This document shows, one piece after another, positions 30,260-40,000 of a DNA stretch of 64,000 nt (position 1 is the first letter of the stretch; each line of letters starts with the position of its first letter). The stretch is from an uncultured Candidatus Binatia bacterium (GTDB taxonomy: Bacteria; Desulfobacterota; Binatia; UBA9968; JAJDTQ01): the NCBI GenBank assembly GCA_965242525.1, contig OZ251459.1:3968001-4032000 (forward strand), given 5' to 3'. Below the pieces are notes generated by a model that was given only the letters and a program-made list of their open reading frames with translations, was not told where the DNA came from and did no database searches. Both the position numbers and the translations under genes were made by a program.

Positions 30260-32008
30260 ATGGCCGGCATCCCACGGTTGATCGAATATCTCTGGCGGTA
30301 TTGGCGCCGCTACCTGCTGGGCGGGGTCTGCCTGGTGGGGACCACGAGCCTGCTCATGCTCATCCCCTGGTGGGTCCGGTCCGCGGTCGAGGTCATCGAG
30401 CGCGGCGACCCGGAGTCCGGGTTGGGCCGTTACGTGCTGTGGATCGTCCTGGCCGCGGTCGGCGGCGGCCTCCTGCGCGTGCTCTCCCGGTCGCTCATCT
30501 TCAACGCCGGCCGGAACGTCGAGTACGACCTGCGCAACGACCTCTTCGCCCACCTGGAGAAGCTCCCGCTCGGCTACTACCGCTCCCAGAGCACGGGCGA
30601 CCTCATGTCCCGGGCCGTCAACGACATCAACGCCGTGCGCGTGCTCCTGGGCCCGGGTTTCCTGAACCTGGTGAACACCCCGCTCTACCTGGTCTATGCG
30701 GTGGTGTTCATGTTCGCCATGGACCCGCGCCTGACCCTGGCCGTGGCCGCTTCGCTGACGCTGCTCATGTGGGTCTTCCGGCAGTTCCGCGGCCGGATAC
30801 AGCGGGCTTCGCTCAGGGTCCAGCGCCGGATGTCCCGCATGAGCGCCCACGTCCAGGAGAACCTGAGCGGCATGCACGTGGTCAAGGCCTACGTGCAGGC
30901 GGAGCCCCAGACCGCCCGGTTCGCCGACCTGAACGAGGACTACCGGGACCGCAGCATGGACCTGGCCCGCTACCGGGGCATGATCAACCCCATCATGGTG
31001 GCGCTGCACGGCTTCACGGTGCTGGTGGTGCTGTGGTACGGCGGATGGCTGACCCTCCGGGAACAGACCGGCGTCGCCGACCTGGTGGCGTTCATCCTGT
31101 ACCTGAACGTGCTGGCGTGGCCCATGGCCGCGTTCGGCTGGATGATCTCGCTGGTGGAGCGCGGCCGGGCGGCCATGGAGCGCCTGGAGGAGATCTTCGA
31201 GGTGGAGCCGGCCATCGCCGACCCGGACCGTCCCGCGTCCATGACGGACGGGGAGCGCGGCATCGAGTTCGAGAACGTCTCCTTCGCCTACGACGACGGC
31301 GGCTCCCGGGAGCCGGTGCTGCGCGACCTGAGCTTCCGGGCGCCGCGGGGGCGCAAGGTGGCCATCGTCGGGCGCACTGGCTCGGGCAAGAGCACCCTGG
31401 CGCACCTGATCCCCCGGCTCCACGACGCTGCCTCCGGCGTCGTCCGCGTGGGCGGCGTGGACGTCCGCTCCCTGCCGCTGGAAGAGCTGCGCGGGGCCAT
31501 CGGCTACGCGCCCCAGGACCCCTTCCTGTTCTCCACCTCGGTCCGGGAGAACCTGAAGTTCGGCGACCCCGGCGCCGGCGAGGGGGAGGTCCGCCGGGTC
31601 CTGGACGCGGCCGACCTGGAGAAGGAGGTGGAGGCCTTTCCGGCCGGTCTCGACACCCGGGTGGGGGAGCGGGGCATCGCCCTTTCCGGCGGCCAGAAGC
31701 AGCGGGCCACCCTGGCCCGGGCCATCCTGGCGGACCCCGAGTACCTGGTCCTGGACGACTGCCTCTCGAGCGTGGACTCCCGGACCGAGCAGCGCATCCT
31801 CCACGGCTTCGAGAGCGTCCTGCGGGACAAGACCTGCATCATCGTCTCCCACCGCATGGCCGCGGTCAAGGAAGCCGACGAGATCCTGGTGCTGGACCGG
31901 GGCCGCATCGTGGAGCGGGGCGACCACGAGTCGCTGCTCCGCACCGGGGGGATCTACGCCCGGATGTACCGGCGGCAACAGGCGTCCGGGGACCTGGACG
32001 AGCTCTGA
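30260..32008 (+). CDS. ABC exporter, fused permease/ATPase (MdlA-like)
   Basis: TM domain, GRTGSGKS, LSGGQKQR, degenerate Walker B LDDCLS. Confidence 0.93.
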   Translation: MAGIPRLIEYLWRYWRRYLLGGVCLVGTTSLLMLIPWWVRSAVEVIERGDPESGLGRYVLWIVLAAVGGGLLRVLSRSLIFNAGRNVEYDLRNDLFAHLEKLPLGYYRSQSTGDLMSRAVNDINAVRVLLGPGFLNLVNTPLYLVYAVVFMFAMDPRLTLAVAASLTLLMWVFRQFRGRIQRASLRVQRRMSRMSAHVQENLSGMHVVKAYVQAEPQTARFADLNEDYRDRSMDLARYRGMINPIMVALHGFTVLVVLWYGGWLTLREQTGVADLVAFILYLNVLAWPMAAFGWMISLVERGRAAMERLEEIFEVEPAIADPDRPASMTDGERGIEFENVSFAYDDGGSREPVLRDLSFRAPRGRKVAIVGRTGSGKSTLAHLIPRLHDAASGVVRVGGVDVRSLPLEELRGAIGYAPQDPFLFSTSVRENLKFGDPGAGEGEVRRVLDAADLEKEVEAFPAGLDTRVGERGIALSGGQKQRATLARAILADPEYLVLDDCLSSVDSRTEQRILHGFESVLRDKTCIIVSHRMAAVKEADEILVLDRGRIVERGDHESLLRTGGIYARMYRRQQASGDLDEL

Positions 32009-32021
32009 GCCCCGGGGGCCC

Positions 32022-33890
32022 ATGCAGTCGGACCGTCCCATGAACGCGCAGGAGGACCGGGAGAACGTTTCCGGCAAGGCCTACGACGCGGAGCTGGCCC
32101 GGCGCCTGTGGCGTTTCCTCCGGCCCCACCGGAAGGTCTTCTTCCTGTCGCTGCTGCTGCTCCCGGCGCACCAGTTCTTCAACCTGCTCCAGCCGCTGCT
32201 GCTCAAGGCCGGCATCGACGCGGTGGGGGCGGGCGACGGCGCCGCGCTGTTCGCCACCGGCGCGCTCTTCTTCGGCGCGCTGCTGGCCGAGGCCGGGGCC
32301 TACTTCTTCCAGTACTACCTGTCCATGCTGGTGGCCCAGCGCTCCCTCTCCGACCTCCGGGTGGAGATGTTCGCCCACGTGCAGCGGTTGCCCATGAGCT
32401 ACTTCGACCGCAACCCGGTGGGCCGGGTCATGACCCGCATGACCACGGACGTGGACGTGCTGCAGGAGATGTTCGCCGCCGGCGCCCTGAACCTGGTGGC
32501 GGACGTGGTCCTCATCGCGGCCATCGTCGCCATCATGCTCTGGCTCCACCCGTGGCTGGCGCTGGTGTCGCTGGTGTTGATCCCGGTCCTCCTGCTGGCC
32601 ATCAACGTCTTCCGCCTCAAGGCGCGGCGCGCCTACCGCCTGATCCGGAGCCGCATCGCCCGGGTCAACGCCTACCTCGGAGAGGCCATTCCGGGCATGG
32701 CCGTGATCCAGCTCTTCAACCGCCAGGACCGGAGCTTCCGGGAGTTCGACGACCTCAATCGGTCCCACCGGGACGCCATCCAGCAGTCCAACGTGTACGA
32801 GGCGTCGCTGTTCTCCATGGTCGAGGCAGCGGGCTCCTTGAGCATCGCGCTGCTGCTCTGGTACGGCGGCGGCGAGGTGCTGGAGGGAGTCGTGGGCATC
32901 GGGACCTTCGTGGCGTTCAGCGAGTACATCCGCCGGTTGTTCGTGCCGTTGCGGGACTTCAGCAACAAGTACGCGGTGATCCAGGCGGCCATGACCGCGG
33001 CCGAGCGGGTCTTCGAGTTGCTGGACACGCCCCGGGAGGCGCCGGGCCGGCCCGCTCCCGCGGGGGCGGCCGCGGTCCCCGCGGTGGTCAACCCGCGCCG
33101 GGGCTCGGTGGAGTTCGACCGCGTCTGGTTCGGCTACCGCCCCGGCGACCCGGTGCTCAAGGGGGTCTCCTTCATGGTCGAACCCGGCGAGAGGGTGGCG
33201 GTGGTGGGCGCCACCGGCTCCGGCAAGACCACCGCGGTCAAGCTCATGGGCCGGTTCTACGACGTGGACCGGGGCGCGGTGCGCATGGGCGGCCGGGACG
33301 TGCGGGACTGGGACCTCGACGCCCTGCGGCGCCGCATGGGGGTGGTGCTCCAGGACGTCTTCCTGTTCTCCGGGGACATCCTCTCGAACCTCCGGCTGGG
33401 CGCCCGGGACGTCTCCGAAGAACGGGTCCTGGCGGCCGTGCGCAGCGCCAACGCCGAGGGCTTCGTCCGGCGCCTGCCCGGCGGCTTGCGCGCCCACCTG
33501 AACGAGCGGGGCGGCAACCTGTCCGCGGGACAGCGGCAACTCCTGGCCCTGGTGCGGATGTTCGTCCTCGACCCGGAAGTCCTGGTCCTGGACGAGGCCA
33601 CCTCCAGCGTGGATACCGAGACCGAGGTCCTGGTGCAGGGGGCCTTCGAGAAGGTCATGGCCAACCGCACCTGCCTGGTCATCGCGCACCGTCTGTCCAC
33701 GGTCCGCAACGCGGACCGCATCGTGGTCTTCCACCGGGGCGTGATACGCGAGACCGGCTCCCACGACCGGTTGATGGAAAGGCGCGGGGTCTATTACCGG
33801 CTCCACCAGTTGCAGTTCCAGGGACAGGACGGGGCCGAGGACCCGGAAACCCCGGATCCGGACTTGGCCCCGGTCCAGCCGCCCCGTTAG
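32022..33890 (+). CDS. ABC exporter, fused permease/ATPase (MdlB-like partner)
   Basis: GATGSGKT, LSAGQRQ, LDEATSSVD, IAHRLST; start may be 32040. Confidence 0.93.
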   Translation: MQSDRPMNAQEDRENVSGKAYDAELARRLWRFLRPHRKVFFLSLLLLPAHQFFNLLQPLLLKAGIDAVGAGDGAALFATGALFFGALLAEAGAYFFQYYLSMLVAQRSLSDLRVEMFAHVQRLPMSYFDRNPVGRVMTRMTTDVDVLQEMFAAGALNLVADVVLIAAIVAIMLWLHPWLALVSLVLIPVLLLAINVFRLKARRAYRLIRSRIARVNAYLGEAIPGMAVIQLFNRQDRSFREFDDLNRSHRDAIQQSNVYEASLFSMVEAAGSLSIALLLWYGGGEVLEGVVGIGTFVAFSEYIRRLFVPLRDFSNKYAVIQAAMTAAERVFELLDTPREAPGRPAPAGAAAVPAVVNPRRGSVEFDRVWFGYRPGDPVLKGVSFMVEPGERVAVVGATGSGKTTAVKLMGRFYDVDRGAVRMGGRDVRDWDLDALRRRMGVVLQDVFLFSGDILSNLRLGARDVSEERVLAAVRSANAEGFVRRLPGGLRAHLNERGGNLSAGQRQLLALVRMFVLDPEVLVLDEATSSVDTETEVLVQGAFEKVMANRTCLVIAHRLSTVRNADRIVVFHRGVIRETGSHDRLMERRGVYYRLHQLQFQGQDGAEDPETPDPDLAPVQPPR

Positions 33891-33913
33891 CGGGAGTCCA
33901 CGGGAGTCGGATC

Positions 33914-35014
33914 ATGGTTGGCAAGCTCCGGCGGCTCCTCCCCGCCTTTCTGCTCCTGGCCCTCTGCGGCTGCTCTCCGGGATACGTCCTGCGCGCCGCG
34001 TACGAAGAGGCCCGGATCCAGTGGCGCGCCGAACCCATCGCCGCGGTCCTGGAACGGGGCGAGGTGGACCAGGACGTCCGCGGCAAGCTCCGGATGGTGC
34101 TGGAGGTCCGGGACTTCGCCGCCCGGGACCTCGGCCTGAACGTGGGCGGCAGCTACGCCGCCTATTCCCGTGTGGACCGGGAGGTGCTGCTGCACGTGCT
34201 CAGCGCGGCGCCCAAAACCTCCCTGGAGCCCTACACCTGGTGGTTCCCGTTCGTGGGCCGGGTCCCCTACAAGGGCTACTTCGACGGGAGCGCCGCCCGG
34301 CGGGAAGCCGAGTCCCTCGCGGCCCGGGGATACGACACCCACGTCCGCCCGGCGAGCGCCTTCAGCACCCTGGGCTGGCTGGACGACCCGCTGCTCCGCC
34401 GCCTGCTGGCGCTGGACCGGGTGGCGTTGGCCGAGGTGGTGCTGCACGAGCTCCTCCACAACACCCTGTTCGTGGCCGGCGCCGCGGCGTTCAACGAAAG
34501 CCTGGCCAACTTCGTCGGCAAGACCGGCGCCGCGGAGTTCTTCGCCCGGCGCCGCGGCCCCGGCAGCCCCGAGGCCCGGAGAGCCCGGCAGGCGTGGCGG
34601 CATGAGGTCGAGTTCTCCTGCATGATGATGGAGTTGGCGGGGCGCCTGCGGCGGCTCTACCGGGGGCCGGCGCCGGAGGCCGAGAAGCTGGCCCGCCGGG
34701 AACAGGCGTTCGCCCGGGCCCAACGGCGGTGGGGCCGGCGGCTCGCCGGAAGGCCGGGCCACCGGCACGCCTGGTTCAGCCGCGCGGCCCTGGACAACGC
34801 CGTGGTCCTGCAGCACCTGCTCTACGTCACCCACCTGGCGCGGTTCGACGAGCTCTACCGCCGGCACGGCGGGCGTCTGTCCCGGTCCATCGAGGCCATC
34901 GGCCATGCCCTGCGGGAAGCCGCGGACCCGTTCGACACGCTGCCGCCCCCGGCCGGACCCGTCCGCGGGACCGGGGAGGCCGCCGTGTCTCCCGCCCTCT
35001 GCGAGGCGTCGTGA
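33914..35014 (+). CDS. Lipoprotein, putative zinc aminopeptidase family
   Basis: Lipobox-like LALCGC; WWFPFVGRVPYKGYF, AFSTLGWLDDP, HELLH, FNESLA. Confidence 0.85.
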   Translation: MVGKLRRLLPAFLLLALCGCSPGYVLRAAYEEARIQWRAEPIAAVLERGEVDQDVRGKLRMVLEVRDFAARDLGLNVGGSYAAYSRVDREVLLHVLSAAPKTSLEPYTWWFPFVGRVPYKGYFDGSAARREAESLAARGYDTHVRPASAFSTLGWLDDPLLRRLLALDRVALAEVVLHELLHNTLFVAGAAAFNESLANFVGKTGAAEFFARRRGPGSPEARRARQAWRHEVEFSCMMMELAGRLRRLYRGPAPEAEKLARREQAFARAQRRWGRRLAGRPGHRHAWFSRAALDNAVVLQHLLYVTHLARFDELYRRHGGRLSRSIEAIGHALREAADPFDTLPPPAGPVRGTGEAAVSPALCEAS

Positions 35015-35343
35015 AGAAGGTCTCCGCCATCCTCCGGCTGCGCTGCCCGCGCTGCACGGACGGGCGCATCTTCGCCAGCCTCTTCGGCATGAACCGCGCC
35101 TGCCCCGTCTGCGGCCTCGAGTTCGAGCGGGAGCAGGGGTACTTCGTCGGCGCCATGTACTTCGGTTACGCCCTGTCCATCGCCGCGGTCCTGCCGGTGG
35201 TGGCGGCCATGGTGCTGCTGGACTACGCGGCCGCCTCCATCTACGTTGCCGCGTGCCTGGTGCTGGTTGTCGCCTCCCCGTTCCTGTTCCGTTATTCCCG
35301 GGTGCTGTGGATCCACCTGGACTACGTGATCGACCCGAGATAG
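35011..35343 (+). CDS. DUF983-like small membrane protein
   Basis: CPRC..G.IF...CPVCGL, E.GYFVGAMY, two TM helices. Confidence 0.8.
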   Translation: MKKVSAILRLRCPRCTDGRIFASLFGMNRACPVCGLEFEREQGYFVGAMYFGYALSIAAVLPVVAAMVLLDYAAASIYVAACLVLVVASPFLFRYSRVLWIHLDYVIDPR

Positions 35344-35363
35344 CCCGATGGCGAGAGGGTTCG

Positions 35364-35643
35364 GGGACCTGTGAACGATCGGCACAGGGGACATGAGCGC
35401 GTCCTTCGACTTCGCTTCGCTACGCTCAGGACGAACGGAGGACTTCGCGTACGCCCCATCCCCGTCATTCCCGCGAAAGCGGGAATCCATCCGGTTTCCT
35501 GGCAAGGTCTGGATTCCCGCTTTCGCGGGAATGACGATGGGTGGGCGTCTGCGGGGATGACGGGATGGGGAGTGTCGCAAACCACACGAATTCAGGAAGC
35601 GCCCGGGAATCCCTCCCGGAGGTCTCGATCGTTCGGAGGTTCC
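35364..35643. mobile_element. MITE with a nested inverted pair of family B palindromes (35464-35535)
   Basis: Degenerate TIRs GGGACCTGTGAACGATC / GATCGTTCGGAGGTTCC enclosing REP A and the REP B pair. Confidence 0.75.
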
Positions 35644-35644
35644 C

Positions 35645-36103
35645 TTGAAGTTCGCCGCGGACAGGATGTTGGGACGGTTGGCCAAGTGGCTGCGGGTCAT
35701 CGGCCAGGACGTGGTCCACGGTCGGCACCTGTGGGGCAGGGGGCTGGTGCGGGCCGCGGCCCGGGAGCGGAGGGTCATCCTGACCCGGGACCGCAGGCTG
35801 TCCCGCCGGAACCCGGACCGGTGCATCTTCATCCGGGACCACCACTTCAGGGGCCAGTTGCGGCAGGTGGTGGAGGCCTGCGGGCTGGACCCTTTCGCCG
35901 CCCTCCTGACCCGCTGCGTCGAGTGCAACGGGCTGCTCCGGCCCGTCCCCAGGGAACGGGTGGAAGACGCCGTTCCCGCCTACGTCTTCGAGACCCGGGA
36001 GACCTTTTCGGTCTGTCCGGGCTGCCGCCGGGTCTTCTGGCCCGCCACCCACCGGCAACACATGCTGGACGAGCTCGCGCGCATGGGATTCGGGAACCTC
36101 TGA
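35645..36103 (+). CDS. Mut7-C RNase domain (PIN-like + Zn ribbon) protein
   Basis: F.AD.MLGRLAKWLR..G.D, ILTRD, RCVECN, CPGC.RVFW..TH; stop inside a MITE TIR. Confidence 0.9.
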   Translation: MKFAADRMLGRLAKWLRVIGQDVVHGRHLWGRGLVRAAARERRVILTRDRRLSRRNPDRCIFIRDHHFRGQLRQVVEACGLDPFAALLTRCVECNGLLRPVPRERVEDAVPAYVFETRETFSVCPGCRRVFWPATHRQHMLDELARMGFGNL

Positions 36104-36290
36104 ACAATCGGGGGAGCAAGAGCGCGTCCTTCGACTTCGCTTGCGCTACGCTCAGGACGAACGGAGGGACTCCGCTTGCGCCACGCTCGGGACGAACGGA
36201 AGGCTCCGCTTCGCTACGCTCAGGATGAACGGGGACAGGAGGGGAGGGTGAGGGAATCCACCCTGGATGTCTCGATTGTTCAGGTGTTCC
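36093..36290. mobile_element. MITE, expanded form with three tandem internal REP A units
   Basis: GGAACCTCTGAACAATC ... GATTGTTCAGGTGTTCC; three CGCTACGCTCAGGACGAACGG-like units. Confidence 0.8.
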
Positions 36291-36398
36291 TTTGGTTGAT
36301 CCGCGGCATCGTCTTGATTTTTCGGATGTCGAGAGGTATTATGAAGGGCCTGTAAACAGGGACAGGCTACCGTGCTATCATACTGTTATACTGTTATG

Positions 36399-36424
36399 CC
36401 CCCCCCCCCCCCCCCCCCCCCCCC
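36399..36424. repeat. Poly-C tract (26 nt)
   Basis: Uninterrupted C run directly before a family B palindrome. Confidence 0.85.
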
Positions 36425-36677
36425 GTCATTCCCGCGAAAGCGGGAATCCAGACCTTGCGAGCAAACCTCATGGCGCCCTATGAAGGAACCTCTGGACAAT
36501 CGCGACAGAGGGTATGAGCACGTCCTTCGACTCCGCTTCGCTACGCTCAGGACGAACGGGGATAGGGGTGTCAGGGTGGGAGAATCGGGGTCCATCCTGG
36601 AGGTCCCGATCGTTCAGATGTTCCTGAAGTGGATTCCCGCCCCCGCTTCCGCGAGGACATGCTTTCGCGGGAATGAC
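36425..36677. repeat. Family B inverted palindrome pair interrupted by a MITE
   Basis: GTCATTCCCGCGAAAGCGGGAATCCA at 36425; TGGATTCCCGC...TTTCGCGGGAATGAC ending 36677. Confidence 0.8.
36485..36624. mobile_element. MITE, long form (140 bp)
   Basis: TIRs present; TGAA duplicated on both sides. Confidence 0.88.
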
Positions 36678-36704
36678 GGGATGGGAGTGTCACAACCCAC
36701 ACAA

Positions 36705-36813
36705 GGAAACCTTGAACGATTACCCCGTTCATCCTGAGCGTAGCGAAGCGAAGTCGAAGGATGCGCTTTCCCACAGGGAGATGGAGTTCGAGCCGAAATT
36801 GTTCAGAGTTTCC
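36705..36813. mobile_element. MITE, short form (109 bp)
   Basis: GGAAACCTTGAACGAT ... ATTGTTCAGAGTTTCC; ACAA duplicated on both sides. Confidence 0.85.
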
Positions 36814-36931
36814 ACAAAGCGCGTGCGGACGACCAGGAGGGAACCAATGACGATTGCCGCTTCCGACCCGTTGCTCACGGCCGGTTGTCTCGACCGGGGA
36901 CGAGGCGTTCGCGGAGCGCCTTCCCGCAACT

Positions 36932-36963
<32 letters not shown>

Positions 36964-37007
36964 GGTCCGGGAGATACGGCAATGGCGCACCGTGGGAGGG
37001 TAAGACA

Positions 37008-40000
37008 ATGAGGTCCCGTCGCATCGTCAGCCTGCTGGCTCTGACCGTCTTCGCCGCCGCGGCGTTCGCAGCCGTCCCCCGCGACGCGGAGGCGACGTGC
37101 TCTGAGGCTTCCCACACCATATCGAACCTCCAGGTCACGTCGAAGACCCAAACCTCGATCTCGTACTCATGGAGCCGGCCAGCGTGCGCCACCGGCAACG
37201 CTCGATACAGGGTTGCTCAGCCCCGGCCCGGCGGCCATGATTTTCTCACTCGTACCCCCGCTAGCTCAGCGGCGACTCTCACATATACGAGGACCGGGCT
37301 GAGTCCCGGCACGAGTTACTCGACCACGGTACGGTTGGAGAATAGCTCAATCGATCGTACCGGTTGGGCGACGACCGTGACCACCACGACCAACGCGCCG
37401 CCGCCGGGCGCGCCGAGCGGGGTGACGGTGACGCCGGGGGTGCAGAGCCTCGTGGTGTCCTGGACCGCCGGGACCAACGCGAACGGCTACAAGGTGCAGT
37501 GGAAGTCCGGGAGCCAGGCCTACGACACCTCCACCCGGCAGGCGACGTCCACCAGCACGAGCTACACCATCAGCAGCCTGACCGGGGGCACGGAATACAC
37601 GGTGCGGGTCATCTCCACCCGCACGGGCGCCTCCGACAGCGCGGCCTCCTCGGAAGAGACCGGGACGCCGCAGTACCCGGCCGCGGCCGTGCCGAGCGGG
37701 GTGACGGTGACGCCGGCGTTGAGCAGCCTGGTGGTCTCCTGGACCGCCTCGGCCAACGCGAGCGGCTACAAGGTGCAGTGGAAGTCCGGGAGCCAAGTGT
37801 ACAACACCGGCGACCGGCAGGCGACGGTGACCACCGGCACGAGCTACACCATCACCGGCCTGACCGCGGGCGTGTCCTACGACGTGCAGGTCATCGCCAC
37901 CCGCTCGAACGCCCCGGACAGCGCGGCCTCCACGGAAACGAGCGGGATAGCCCAGTACCCGGCCGCGGGCGTGCCGGGCAGCGTGACGGTGGCGCCGGCG
38001 GTGCAGAGCCTCACGGTCTCCTGGACCGCCGCGACCAACGCGGACGGCTACAAGGTGCAGTGGAAGTCCGGGGCCCAGGCGTACGACGCCGCCACCCGGC
38101 AGGCGACGGCCACCGGCACGAGCCATACCATCACCGGCCTGACCGGGGGCACGGAATACACGGTGCGGGTCATCGCCACCCGCACGAACGCCCCGGACGG
38201 CACGGCCTCCTCGGAAGCGACCGGGACGCCCCAGTACCCGGCCGCGGGCGTGCCGGGCAGCGTGACGGTGGCGCCGGCGGTGCAGAGCCTCACGGTCTCC
38301 TGGACCGCCGGGGCCAACGCGAACGGGTACAAGGTGCAGTGGAAGTCCGGGGCCCAGGCGTACGACGCCGCCACCCGGCAGGCGACCACCACCGGCACGA
38401 GCTACACCATCACCGGCCTGACCGCGGGCACGTCCTACGACGTGCGGGTCATCGCCACCCGCACGAACGCCCCGGACGGCACGGCCTCCTCGGAAGAGAC
38501 CGGGACGCCACAGCATCCGGCCGCGGGCGTGCCGAGCGGGGTGACGGTGACGCCGGCGGTGGGCAGCCTCGTGGTCTCCTGGACCGCTGCGGCCAACGCG
38601 AACGGCTACAAGGTGCAGTGGAAGTCCGGGATCGAGGCGTACAACACCGGCGACCGGCAGGCGACGTCCACCAGCACGAGCCACACCATCAGCAGCCTGA
38701 CTGCGGGCACGGAATACACGGTTCGTGTCATCGCCACCCGCACGAACGCCCCGGACAGCGCGGCCTCCTCGGAAAGGACCGGGACGGCCCAGTACGCGGC
38801 CGCGGGCGTGCCGAGCGGGGTGACGGTGACGCCGGCGGTGGAGAGCCTCACGGTCTCCTGGACCGCTGCGACCAACGCGAACGGCTACAAGGTGCAGTGG
38901 AAGTCCGGGAGCGAGGCGTACAACACCTCCTCCCGGCAGGCGACGGTGACCAGCGGCACGAGCTACACCATCACGGGCCTGACCGGGGGCACGTCCTACG
39001 ACGTGCGTGTCATCTCCACCCGCACGAACGCCCCGGACAGCGCGGCCTCCTCGGACACGAGCGGGACGGCCCAGTCGCCGCCGCCGGGCGCGCCGGGCGG
39101 GGTGACGGTGACGCCGGCGGTGGCCAGCCTCATCGTTTCCTGGAACGCGGTGACCGGCGCGAACGGGTACAAGGTGCAGTGGAAGTCCGGGAGCCAGATG
39201 TACGACGCTTCCGCGCGGCAGGGGACGACCACCGGCACGAGCCACACCATCACCGGCCTGACCGCGGGCACGGAATACGACGTGCAGGTCATCGCCACCC
39301 ACACGAACGCCCCGGACAGCGCGGCCTCCGGGGAAGTGAGCGAGACGCCCCAGCAGCCGGCCGCGGGGGCGCCGAGCGGGGTGACGGCGACGCCGGCGGT
39401 GGAGAGCCTCGCGGTCTCCTGGACTGCCGGGACCAACGCGAACGGCTACAAGGTGCAGTGGAAGTCCGGGAGCCAGGGGTACGACGCCGCCACCCGGCAG
39501 GCGACGGTGAGCAGCGGCACGAGCTACACCATCACCAGCCTGACCGGGGGCACGGAATACACGATACGGGTCATCTCCACCCGCACGAACGCCCCGGACA
39601 GCGCGGCCTCCTCGGAAGAGACCGGGATACCCCAGCAGCCGCCTCCGGGCGTGCCGAGCAACGTGCGGGCGGCGCCGGCCGGGCTGACCAGCCTCACCGT
39701 TTCCTGGGACGCGGTGACCGGCGCGAGCGGCTACAAGGTGCAGTGGAAGTCCGGGGCCCAGGTGTACGACACTTCCGCGCGGCAGGAGACGGCTACCGGC
39801 ACGAGCCACGTCATCACCGGCCTGACCCAGGGCACGGAATATACGGTGCGGGTCATCACCACCAACACGAACGCCCCGGACAGCGCGGCCTCTGCGGAAG
39901 CGACCGGGACGCCGACGCTGCCGCCGCCGGCGCAAGTGACGGTGGCGCCGGCGGCGGACAGCCCCACCGACAGCCTCGCGGTTTCCTGGAGCGCGGTGGC

